A stretch of DNA of 32,976 nucleotides from Chiloscyllium plagiosum (lineage: Eukaryota). Below are positions 1 through 9,887 of the stretch, piece after piece (the first letter of the stretch is position 1; the number at the start of each line of letters is the position of its first letter). The stretch covers positions 1-32,976 of the forward strand of contig NW_025213942.1 in NCBI RefSeq assembly GCF_004010195.1, written 5' to 3'. A program made the translations under genes and the position numbers. Under the pieces are notes generated by a model. The model did not search any database. It worked only from the letters and a program-made list of their open reading frames with translations, and was not told the DNA's origin.

Positions 1-520
1 TGCCAGTGAGGTTAGGAATAGGAAGGCAGTATAAATGAAAAACATGGCCAAAGAGCTGGTAGGGTAGGCAGCACTTACATTATGTGGATCATTGGAATTC
101 CCAGGTCGGTAGGATAAACACAAGAAGGACGGGATGCAGCTGAACTGGCAGCAATCTCAGATATGTGGGTCATTGGGAATCCTGGGTCAGTATGAAATAC
201 ACAAGAAGGACGGATGGACGTGAACTGTCAGCAATCTCCTGGCAGGAAGGTTTGCTATTGTCACTCAGGAGGTTTTAAACTAATGTGGCGGTAGGGGAAG
301 TGGGGGGAGAGCCAGAGCAGTACATCCATAAGCACAGTGACTGAAGAGCAGTTGGAGACTAATTCCAGTACAACTAAGACCAGCAACAAACTGACACAAT
401 GGGGCTGGAAGTCTGAAGTATGCTGATTTTAATGTGAGTAGTGTGACAGGCAAGACAGATGAGTATATATAACTATGATACAAATATTAGAGATTTGGTT
501 GAGAGAGGGATCAGAAAACT
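1..520 (+). mobile_element. CR1-clade LINE fragment: end of ORF1 (SGNH esterase-like) and start of ORF2 (APE), degenerate
   Basis: Translates to CR1 ORF1 C-terminal motifs (ASEVRNRK, YVDHW, KKDG, LAGRFA..VLN*, stop at ~283), followed by an ORF2 start-like LKYADFNVSSVTGKTDE near 413-470; stops and indels present. Confidence 0.75.
82..238 (+). repeat. Two diverged ~77-bp direct copies (81-bp period) within the CR1 ORF1 remnant
   Basis: atgtggatcattgg...acaagaaggacgg...tgaactggcagcaatctc (82-158) recurs as atgtgggtcattgg...acaagaaggacgg...tgaactgtcagcaatctc (163-238). Confidence 0.85.
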
Positions 521-799
521 GTCAATCCAATGGGTCCAGAGCGAGTTGAAGAATGTGCAGTGAGAGGCTGGAGATGGTTGTTTGAAGCAAAATAATTACC
601 CAGCAGTTTATTGGAATTGGACAGTGTGGGATGCAATGTACAGATTAAAGGGACAAGGGAGGAAACTGAAATTGTCTGTTTACAATATTTTCCACTTTAC
701 TGACAGTCCTTTGTAATCTCCTGTTACCAGAGAATAGACGAGGAGAATGTACATCAGGGAAACTCAAACCAAATACCAGGTCAGAATCTGATGGAGTTT

Positions 800-1560
800 G
801 GCTAAAATGTATTTATTTCAATGCAAGAATATGGGTAAGGACGATGAACTGGGAGCCTGAATCCATACATGGGTCTATGATGTTGCGGCTTTACAGAGAC
901 TTTGTTGAGGGAGGGAAAGGACTGGCAGTTCAAAGTATCCAGGTTTTCATTGGTGTAGGCGAGATAGAGAAGCTAAAAGAGGTGGACGAGTTATTTTACT
1001 GATCAGGGAGAAAGCTACATCTGCACTTGAAGAGGACATACAGGAGGGACCATCCACTGCAGCAATATGGGTCAAGCTCAAAAATAAGATGGCTGCAAGC
1101 ACTGCGTTACTATAATCTCTCCAACAGCCACGGAGGGATTGAGGGACAGATATGTACGTAGATTAAGGAAAGGTGTATTAAAAAAAAAGAGTTGTCATAG
1201 TGAGTGACTTTAACATCCGCAATAATGACTGGAAGTCCATTAGAGCAAGGGGCTTAGTCGGGGCAGAATTTGTTAACTGAAGTAGTATATGGATAGTCCA
1301 ACGAGAGGAAGAACCATACTGGACCTCGTATTGGCTAATGAGCCTGGCCAGTTGACTGACCTTTCAGTGGAACATTATTTCAGAAACAGTGGTCACAGTT
1401 CCTTCAGATTTAAGAAAGCTATGAACACGGATATGTCAGGACCATGTGGGAATCTACTGAATTGACAGAAGGCAAATTACGTCAGCATCAGACAGAGCTC
1501 GAACATGTCAATTGGGAGGAGCTGCTATCAGGCAAATCCAATTTTGTATGTGGGAACTGC
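800..1560 (+). mobile_element. CR1-clade LINE ORF2 AP-endonuclease fragment, degenerate
   Basis: LKCIYFNAR..GKDDEL at ~802, VVIVSDFN (GDFN motif) at ~1190, ILDLVLANEPGQ at ~1316 and SGHSSF (SDH motif) at ~1388. Confidence 0.8.
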
Positions 1561-2200
1561 TTGTTAAATCCTGACAGCAAAATCATCTGATGAACGTTCT
1601 CCCAACTGCTCGAATTTCTATCTATTTTTTTGAACTGATATTTCAAGGCCGCTGCATATCAGACAACAGGAAGAGAGAAAGGATGATTCTGCACTGTGTC
1701 TTTTGCAGGATCAGCTTGTCTCTCCAGGCACCTGAAGTCTTTAATGTGGGTGAGAGAACTTCAGAATTGATAGAGCACTGAAGGAGGCCATTTAGCCGAT
1801 TGTACACCGACGAGCTCTCCAACAGCACAATTTGTCAACAGAGAGAACAGAATGTGTTTGTCTGTGCGTGTGTGCGTGAGAGAGAGAAAAATTAAGAGAG
1901 AAAAAAAGGAAGTGAAGAGAGATAAAAGGAATGGAGAGAAAACGGAGCCACAGATTGAGTGAGAGCAAGAGGTGTCAGACGAGTCTGAAGTTATATCAGA
2001 AGACAGCATGAGGAGAAATACAAAGAAATTTCATTTAGAAACTCCCACAGACTGCAAGCCCTTTGTCTGGTGCCGTACCCTGTGAGCACTATGCTGTCAT
2101 CCCAGATCACTTATCTCCAATAATTTCACTGAAACGGGTTGCTGACGCTGAACAGGATCCAAAAGAACAATAGATTAGTTGCAGGGAGAAGGTGAATTAA

Positions 2201-2452
2201 TTTAAATATTCTGGACCAACAGGAACTTGTAGTCCCTCTAGACACGGTGTGAGAGACAGGGCGAGAGATTCTCAGTGAGGGGGATTACTGACAGGGGGGA
2301 GATCAGCATCTCAGCTGTGGGTCAAATAATGACTGATAAAGGTTGAAAACCCCGTCCGTGGTTTTTAAATTCACATTTCAATTCATATAACTCCACATCG
2401 TAGGTGTATTTTAACAAACTTGCATCTTTGTAGTTTTCATGTTTTGGTATGT
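2201..2452 (+). pseudogene. Possible decayed paralog of the GPCR promoter/5'UTR/exon 1 at 7700-8085
   Basis: actgacagggggga-gatcagcatctc resembles actaacagg-gatcagcagctc of the real 5'UTR. ATG at 2329 and G|GTATGT donor at 2447 give a 118-nt phase-1 exon. An RPW triplet lies 28 codons before the donor in both loci. Three in-frame stops; identity otherwise low. Confidence 0.25.
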
Positions 2453-2489
2453 ACAGAAAAGCTTGTTTTTTGTACCTTTATTTTGTGTT

Positions 2490-5231
2490 GGGACCACAGT
2501 CCAATTGAATCCTAACTAAGGCTGTAGACAGAGGTCGAAACTGATTAGGAGTGTGTGTGTGTTGGCAGGATTGGGGGGTCCATTATAGGGTTTAATTAGA
2601 AAAGAGGAGGTAAATGTACAGAGCTCAGGAGAGGTTATTAAAATCTCCAGCACAGACGNNNNNNNNNNNNNNNNNNNNNNNNNNNNNNNNNNNNNNNNNN
2701 NNNNNNNNNNNNNNNNNNNNNNNNNNNNNNNNNNNNNNNNNNNNNNNNNNNNNNNNNNNNNNNNNNNNNNNNNNNNNNNNNNNNNNNNNNNNNNNNNNNN
2801 NNNNNNNNNNNNNNNNNNNNNNNNNNNNNNNNNNNNNNNNNNNNNNNNNNNNNNNNNNNNNNNNNNNNNNNNNNNNNNNNNNNNNNNNNNNNNNNNNNNN
2901 NNNNNNNNNNNNNNNNNNNNNNNNNNNNNNNNNNNNNNNNNNNNNNNNNNNNNNNNNNNNNNNNNNNNNNNNNNNNNNNNNNNNNNNNNNNNNNNNNNNN
3001 NNNNNNNNNNNNNNNNNNNNNNNNNNNNNNNNNNNNNNNNNNNNNNNNNNNNNNNNNNNNNNNNNNNNNNNNNNNNNNNNNTTGGCAGGGGGGGGGGGGG
3101 GGGTCCTTTATGGGGTTAAATTAGAAAAGAGGAGGTAAATGTACCGAGCTCAGGAGAGGTTATTAAAATCTCCAGCTCAGACGCAAATAAGACAGAGTGT
3201 ATGGAAAGTGTAAGCAATCAGACTTCAAGCACACTGGATAAACAAATGAAAATGAGAAGAGGAACCGTTCATACAGGATTGAAGGGGTTATATCTGAATG
3301 CGTACAGTATAAGGAATAGAGTAAATGAACTTGGGGCACAGATTGAAATTGGTAGGTATGGAATGATGGGCATCACAGAGAGGTGGTTGCAAGGGGATCA
3401 GGATATTCAAGGACATATATCCGATCGAAAAGACAGTTAGCAGAGGGAGTGGGTTTACATTATTAATAAATGAAATTAAAGCAATAGTAAGAAAGGAAGT
3501 AAAGTCAGATGGTGTAGAATCTGCGTGGGTAGAATTGAGGAATCACAAAGATAAGACAATTACAGTTGGAGACTTGCACAGGCCTCCAAAGAGTAGTCAG
3601 TAGCTGGGGACAAGATACACCAGGAGATATAAAAGATCTGTAGGAAAGACAAAGTTACATTGATCATAGGGGGATTTCAATATGCAAGTGGAATGGGAAA
3701 CCATTTTGGGAGTGGTTCGCAAGAAAAGGAATTTGAGAAATGTCTATGGGATAGCTTTTTGGAACATCATGTGGTGGAGCCCACTCGGGAACAGATGACA
3801 TGGATTTAATGAAGCAGGCTAGACAAGGGAGCTTAAGGTGAAAGAAAACTTCAGAAGCAGTGATTAGAACATGGTTGAATTTATTCGGCAAGTTGAGAGA
3901 GAGGAAGTAGAATCAGAGTTAACAGTATTTCAGCTGAATAAAGGCAACTGGAGAGGCACAAGGGAGAAGCTGGGTAGAATTGACCGGGACAGAAGTCTAG
4001 CAGGAAAGACAGGGGAACAGGAATGGCAGGAAATTCCAAGGTTAATTCAGGAGACACTGCAGAGAGACCTGCAGAGCAATAAAGGCATGGTACAGGGAGA
4101 ATGAGGCAACCAGGGCTGACGAGGGAAGTCAGTGATTTCATATAAGTAAAAGCGCAAGCAATGTGAAGGGCAAAGAGAAACTGGAGAATGGGGCCAACAG
4201 AAGTCAAGGAAAACTAAATAAGTTGGGAGAAGATTAACTATCGGGGTAAGCTAACCAGTAATATAAAGGAAACTTTAAGAGATTCTTTAGATATATAAAG
4301 TGCAATAGAGAGGTAAAAGTGAATATGGACCATTGGAAAATGATGCTGGAGAGACAGTAGTGGGAAACAAAGAAATGGTTGAGGAACTTTGCATCAGCCT
4401 TCACAGTGGAAGACACGAGTAATTTCTCAAGAATTGAAGAGAGTGAGAGGGCAGTCCTGAATATGGTGGTCATCGCCAAGAAGAGCATGTTAGAAAACGG
4501 AATGGCCTGAATGTGGATAGCTCACCTGGACCAGTTGGACTACACCCCAGCCTTATAAGGGAGATAACTGAAGAGTTAGTGCAAGCGTAAGTGGTAATCT
4601 TTCAGGAATGACTAAAATCAGGAAACGGCAAAAGTGGCTGTATAATTGCTAACATGATACCACATTTAATATGGGGGTTAGGTAGAAGATGGAAAACTGC
4701 AGACTGATTAGCCTAATCTTGGTTGTGGGTAACATCCTGGAATCCATCGTGAAGGATGGGATTTCTGATACTTGGAGGTGTTTGGTAAAATAGGACAGAG
4801 TCAGCATGGTTTCATAAAGGGGAAATCAGTCCTGTCGAACTGGCTAGAAAACAGTGAGGGAGTAATGAGCAGATTCGATCAAGGAGAACCAATAGATGTT
4901 ATCCATCTGCACTCAAGAATCATTTGACAAAGTGCCATGCATGAGACTATTGAGAAAGTTATGGGCCCATGGTATTAGAGGCAAGGTGCGAGCATGGATA
5001 TAAGTTTGGCTGTCTGACAGAAAGCATAGAGTCGGGGTTAAAGTGTCCTTCTCAGGATGGCAGCCAGGGGCAAGTGGTGTTCCACAAGACTCAGTGTTGG
5101 GACCACAACTTTTTACTTTGTGCATTCATTATCGATATGAAGGAACTGAGGGCATTCTGGCTAAGTTTTCAAACAGTGCAAAGATGGATAGGGAACAGGT
5201 AGCATTGAAGAGGTGGTTCGGCTGCAGGAGG
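2490..5231 (+). mobile_element. CR1-clade LINE, 5' part (ORF1 end, ORF2 APE + RT), degenerate
   Basis: LKGLYLNAYSIRNRVNELGAQIEIGRYGMMGITERWLQGDQD (ORF 3201-3440), GDFN at ~3670, SPGPVGLHP at ~4520, QHGFIKGKS at ~4803, SFDKVPC, GVPQDSVLGPQLF, and AKFSNS (degenerate FADD). Confidence 0.9.
2562..3183 (+). repeat. ~100-bp direct duplication flanking N-gap 2659-3081
   Basis: 2562-2658 (ttggcagg...ctccagcacagacg) is repeated at 3082-3183 with a few substitutions. Confidence 0.9.
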
Positions 5232-6138
5232 GTGCTCTCGTGCATCCCCTCAACTTCCCACACCTCCGCCCTTGCACCCCACCCTTCCAACGACAACAAA
5301 TTAGAACCTCTCTCAGGATACAACGCATCATCCTCCGCCATTTCTGCCACCAACAGTCAGACCGCAACACCAGATATGTACTTTGCTCCCCACCCCTACC
5401 ATCATACCGCCGAAACCATTCCCTCAAAACTCCCTCGTTAGGTCCACACGCCCCCATCAAGCCACCTTCCACTCCCAACACCATCCCTTGACACGGCAAG
5501 AGATATGAAACCTATGCCAACGCCTCCCTCCTCACCTCCACCCAAGGCCCCAAAGGATCCTACCACATCAGGCAGAGAACATCCTGTGTATTCAAACACC
5601 TCTTCTCGTCAGTCCATTGCTCCTGTCTCCTATACATTGGCGAGACAGGATGTCAACTTACAGAACGGTTCAGGGAACACTCTTGGACACATAAACCCAA
5701 CAACCCCACTTCCCTGTGGTCGACTACTTCAACTCCCCCTCCCACTCCGCCAAAGCCCTGCAAGCTTTTGGCCTCCTCCACTGCCAAATTCTAGCCACCT
5801 GACTTCTGGAGGAAGAACGCATCATCTTATGAATTGGGACCCTCCAAACACACGGTAAAAAGGACAATTTCACCAGTTTCCTTATCTCGCCTCCCTCCAC
5901 CTAATCCCAGATCTAACCCTCCAACTCAGCACCGCCCTCTTGAATTGCCCTATCTGTCCATCTACCTTCCCCAGTATCATCTCTCTGCCCCCTTCCGCCC
6001 ACCCCACATTCCTGATGAGGGCTTTATGCCTGAAACGTCGAATCTCCTGCACCTCGGATGCTGCCTGACAGGCTGTGCTTTTCTATGACCACACGTTTTG
6101 ACTCTGAGCTCCAGCATCTCCGATCCTCATTTTCACCT
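5232..6138 (+). mobile_element. Penelope-like element 3' fragment (linker + GIY-YIG endonuclease + hammerhead-bearing tail) inserted into CR1
   Basis: LRIQRIILRHF..PPLPSYRRNHSL and LLYIGETG..ERFREH (GIY-YIG) motifs; hammerhead core at 6012-6039; flanked by a degenerate 8-bp duplication gcaggagg (5224-5231) / gctgaagg (6139-6146), and the CR1 reads through across it. Confidence 0.85.
6008..6043 (+). ncRNA. Minimal type I hammerhead ribozyme (PLE type), core intact
   Basis: Stem I ATTC/GAAT; core CTGATGA 6012-6018; stem II GGGC-TTTAT-GCCT; GAAA 6032-6035; palindromic ACGT in place of stem III; GUC cleavage triplet ending at 6039. Confidence 0.8.
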
Positions 6139-6985
6139 GCTGAAGGACTTTCACAGGTTTGGAGAGTGAGCAAAGAAGTGGCAGTACAATGTGGGAAAGT
6201 GTGGGAAAGCATTTTGCCAGGATGAATAGAGGCATGGACTATTTTCGAAATAGCGAGCAAATTCATAAGTCTGAAGGGCAAAAAGTCCAGGGAGTTTAGT
6301 CCAGGATTCTTGAAAGGTAAACTTGCAGTTTGTCAGTAGTTAGGCAGGCAAACACAATGCTGGTATTTATTTCAAGAAGGCTTAAATATAAAAGCAGGGA
6401 TGTACTTCTAAGGCTCTACAAGGCTTTGTCATGCCACATTTGAATTATTGTGCGCAGTTTTGCGTCCCATATCTCAGGAAGAATGCACTGGTCCTGGAGC
6501 GTTGTCCAAAGAGATTCACGAGAATAGTGCCAGGAAATAAAAGCTTAACATGTAAAAAATATTTGAGGGCTCCCGGTCTGTATTTGGTAGAATTCAGAAG
6601 GATGTTAGGAGGTCTAATTGAAACTTACAGAATACTAAATGACCTGGGACTGAGGGGATTTTGGGAAGATGTATCCAATGTAGGAGAGACGAGTACCCGA
6701 GTGGACAGTGGAAAGAGAAGATTTTTTCGAACAAAGACAAGGAGAAACCTCTTCAGCCAGACAGCGGTGAATCTATGGAATTCACTGCTACAGAGGGTTG
6801 TCGAGTCCAGGTCATTGAGTATATTTAGGAGTGAGGCAGATAGGTACTTGACTGTAAAGGGGATCAAGGGTTACAGGAAGAATGTGTGAGAATGGGGTTG
6901 AGAAGCTTAACAGCCATCATGGAATAGCGGAGCAGGCTCAATGGGCCGAATGGCCAAATTTCTGATCCAATGTCTTCTGGTTGTG
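6139..6985 (+). mobile_element. CR1-clade LINE, 3' part (continuation of the 2490-5231 element) with 3' tail
   Basis: PHLNYCAQFCVPYLRKNALVLER..KRFTRIVPG..GLIETYRIL..FSQTAVNLWNSL (ORF 6431-6889), then the CR1 3' tail aatgggccgaatggcc..ttctg. Confidence 0.9.
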
Positions 6986-7703
6986 TGGTTAATATTGGCT
7001 CTCCTCATTCCTCATTGGAGATGTACCCTTGAATTTGTCTTCATATGATTTATGAAGCATAAAATTCCAGTACTGATGGATGGGAAATATCATGTTCACT
7101 CCCTCCACTCTCAGTAGTAATGCCCCGATATCATAATCACACTGCAATTGAAATCCAGTGAAATTTACTTCAATACAGTTGATTGACATCGATAACATTA
7201 ACAGCATGACGCTTACCTGCCCTCTCTGATCCTTGAATAACCATCTGAATATTGTGTCACATCATATTCTCTATTAACATATCCATGCCATTTATCTGTA
7301 ATCACTCATGTTGTCCTAAGCAATTTCCTGTCAGCTTATGGACTAGAAAAGTTCTCTACATATTTTACTGACATTATAATCACTGATCATTAGTTACAGA
7401 ATATATGTTTCGACTTATAAGCCGATAAACTTGTTTAACTTCTAACAATCCTTTGACATTACTGCCATATGTAAGGCAGATTGAATGATTAAATTCAATC
7501 AATCTACCATCTCAAACATTTCTTCCTGTTCACCCCCCACACATATCCCACGCCAAATGTGTAAACTTTAAAAGTTATTTTGAATTTTAATAAAATCATT
7601 ATTGAATTCAAAGGGGTTAACTGGAGCTATGTTTCAGTGACTGTGATTAACATCAATCTAAGTGGATCCTAATTATGGCAGTGGAGAGTTTCCATGGTTG
7701 AAA

Positions 7704-7709
7704 TATAAA
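7704..7709 (+). promoter_or_regulatory. Candidate TATA box of the GPCR gene
   Basis: TATAAA about 155 bp upstream of the first in-frame ATG, in non-repeat sequence. Confidence 0.5.
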
Positions 7710-7784
7710 TGGGCTCTGTTCAATGTGCTATCACATAGTGTCAGTAGGAGCATCACTGACAGCACTAACAGGGATCAGCAGCTC

Positions 7785-7810
<26 letters not shown>
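7785..7810. repeat. (GA)13 microsatellite in the putative 5'UTR
   Basis: Direct reading of the sequence. Confidence 0.95.
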
Positions 7811-7815
<5 letters not shown>

Positions 7816-7823
7816 GGAGGAGA

Positions 7824-7952
7824 GATCAGAATCTGAGAACATTATACAGGAACGTTACAATAATGATTCATAATCTGAGGACAATGGATTGGAATGTTCC
7901 AACAATGGATCATAATTTGAGAACATTAGACTGGAATGTCCCAACAATGGAC
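7824..7952 (+). repeat. Coding tandem repeat, 21-bp heptads in a 42-bp higher-order unit (DHNLRT / DWNVPT)
   Basis: DQNLRTL-YRNVTIM-IHNLRTM-DWNVPTM-DHNLRTL-DWNVPTM-DRS, all in frame. Confidence 0.9.
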
Positions 7953-8079
7953 AGAAGTTTATCCTCGGGTCTTTTCTGGCTTTCTCGGCCTTGGATATCA
8001 TTAGCATCACGGATCCAGGATATCCTATGGATTATTCAAGGTGGTTACTATCCCATCCTTGCGATAGTTGGTGTTCCTG
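7863..8079 (+). CDS. First coding exon of a class A GPCR, GPR139/GPR142-like (N-terminus and first half of TM1); exon 2 not found in the window
   Basis: Open frame MIHNLRTMDWNVPT...RIQDILWIIQGGYYPILAIVGVP ends at a canonical phase-1 donor G|GTAAGT (intron starts 8080). YYxxLxxxGxP(AN) is the TM1 signature of GPR139/142-type receptors. The start codon is uncertain (ATGs at 7863, 7884, 7905, 7947). Confidence 0.8.
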
Positions 8080-8229
8080 GTAAGTCATTATATTTGTCTA
8101 CTAAACCGGGTTGAACTCAATTTCTGCTCATGATATACACATTTTGGAAAGTGCAAGTCAATGTCTTCAGTTCCAAACAAAACTCCTTTCCTTATCAATT
8201 ATAACTATCAAACTACTACTTAGAAATTA

Positions 8230-8480
8230 CTCACTGATCTGCGAGAAGGACACAGAATGTTCTCAAACTCCATAATCCATTTTGGCCTTCACGGATTTAC
8301 ATCTCCATGTCCTCCCCACTCACCAATCCTGTCCAAAACCACCATTATGACATCTCAGTCTCGTCTGCAGGCTCAGTGCAACTTCTGAATGAACCATGAT
8401 TTTTGCCTTTGTTCAATCTGGATGCAACAGTTTCAAGTGCTTTCTGATCACATGTCCGTCACGAACTAATTGCTCTTGAG
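8230..8480 (+). mobile_element. Highly decayed L2-clade LINE 3' coding fragment
   Basis: caccattatgacatc..aaccatgatttttgcctttgtt..tcaagtgctttctg loosely resembles the L2 ETLIHAFVTSRLDYSNALL region. Confidence 0.35.
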
Positions 8481-8514
8481 GATGTTTGACTTGTTCCCTG
8501 CACGTACAGGAAGA

Positions 8515-9515
8515 CAGTTTATGGTAGTCAAATCATTGACTCATAATCTAGAGCAACAGAATAATAGTCTGTTGATATCTCATGAAGGCAAGTGGTGGAA
8601 TTTAAAAGCAACCATTATCATTTGTTATAAAAGCCCATCTGCTTGCCTGAAGTCCTTTAGGTAAGTCAATGCGTCGACCTCCCCTCGTCAGGTTTCCGTG
8701 TGACTTCAGTGATGAACATGTGGGTGTACTGCACCTTTAAACTACATGACAGCACCAAGTCTTCTGAAAAATAGATATAATTTAACATTTGGTCGAACAA
8801 CTCGATTAGCTCATTGTCTTGAGACAAGAACCAAATTCAGCCAAACAGTTTAAATTATACCCCAAATGACCCACCTCCAATCAAGTTTGAATGTAATATA
8901 TTGATAATCTTAAAAGGCAATAACACAATCCAATAGTTTGGAGGTACAAGGCCGTGGAAAATTGAACAGTTAGAGCAGAGCTGCCAAGCTACGAGCATGC
9001 AAAGACTGCCTGAAAAATAGCTCCCTTAAAAATATATTCATTGATTAGTAACTAGTGAAGCAAAATCCCCCAGAAGAAAAGACAGGACTATGGAGAAGAA
9101 CTGAAAGCTTCCTGGTTTTGAGATAAGAAGTTTTATTTTGTAAATCTTAATTAGGAGTCTTATCGGACTCGTATTGTGGAGGGGCAAGGTCAAAGATAGG
9201 TTAGAGGAAAAAGTTGTAAATATTCGTTCGATTATTATTCTCTGTAATACTTTAAGAAATAAAGTAGTTAATTTTTACTTTAAATAGTTCATAGACTCTA
9301 GAATTATCACACATTACTGCATTGGATAAATCTTTTCTGTGTTGCTGGTTTTAATTAAGCAGGAGAATTTATCCTGAATTGTAACACTACAAACCCCCAG
9401 CAATGTGTTTTACTCTTTACTGTCGTGTGGAACAACTGAACCAGTCACTCAGCTTAAGATTGGCGTAACATGCTGCCATGACCAGGGCTGCATACATCCT
9501 GTGAGAGAAGAACAA
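8515..9515 (+). mobile_element. DeuSINE-like (SacSINE1-type) SINE split by an LTR insertion (parts 8515-8707 and 9387-9515)
   Basis: ggtggaatttaaa, aaagcccatctg..tcctttagg, gtgacttc|aaacccccagcaatgtg..actc, and cactcag..catcc match this family's core as recalled; collinear with the minus-strand copy at 27315-27605. Confidence 0.65.
8708..9386 (+). mobile_element. Solo LTR-like element (679 bp)
   Basis: Interrupts the SINE precisely; ends ...TGTAACA and starts AGTGATG (presumed mutated TG); 4-bp flanking duplication cttc (8704-8707) / ctac (9387-9390); internal AATAAA at ~9258. Confidence 0.65.
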
Positions 9516-9887
9516 TAGTAAAGATAGCTCCCTTCCCCTACCTGTTTCCCGTATTTACAGCTAATTTCTATTCAGGTAGGTGATCATTACATCTTTTAGG
9601 TTTATTAGATCTCATTGAAATTCTCCCCGAGTGTGATGCACATCTCCATAGGCAACTCTGGTGCTGGCTTTTTTGATGCTGACGTACAGATATAAGGAAC
9701 GTATAAATGCCATGTCAGTCGGAGTGCAGAGAGAAATAATGGCGTTTCATAACACAGGAAGGAAACGGCGATGTCTAAGTGAGAGAAAAGGATTATTATG
9801 ATCATCCATGAGTGTGTTGAGGCAGTATTTGGGGTACTGTGGATAGTCTTTCTCTCAAGTCTCACCAGACTAATCCCTGGGATGATG

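Noticed and set aside
1587..1620. CTGATGA at ~1587 as another hammerhead
   Set aside because: No stem II and no GAAA at the proper distance.
1690..1781. Acceptor-like tgtgtcttttgcag at ~1708 as a host exon (similar site at ~15047)
   Set aside because: No recognisable peptide and no convincing paired donor; the 1708 site runs into a CR1 tail remnant.
2221..2236. GGAACTTGTAGTCC resembling the ACTACA-type ZNF143/THAP11 promoter motif
   Set aside because: Partial match with no CpG-island context; too short to support alone.
5161..6088. Pro-rich and Gly-rich ORFs as novel proteins
   Set aside because: Alternative frames of the C-rich Penelope-like fragment.
7662..7862. Upstream extension of the GPCR ORF from GTG at 7662
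   Set aside because: Non-ATG start lying upstream of the TATA box and reading through the GA microsatellite; better explained as promoter and 5'UTR.
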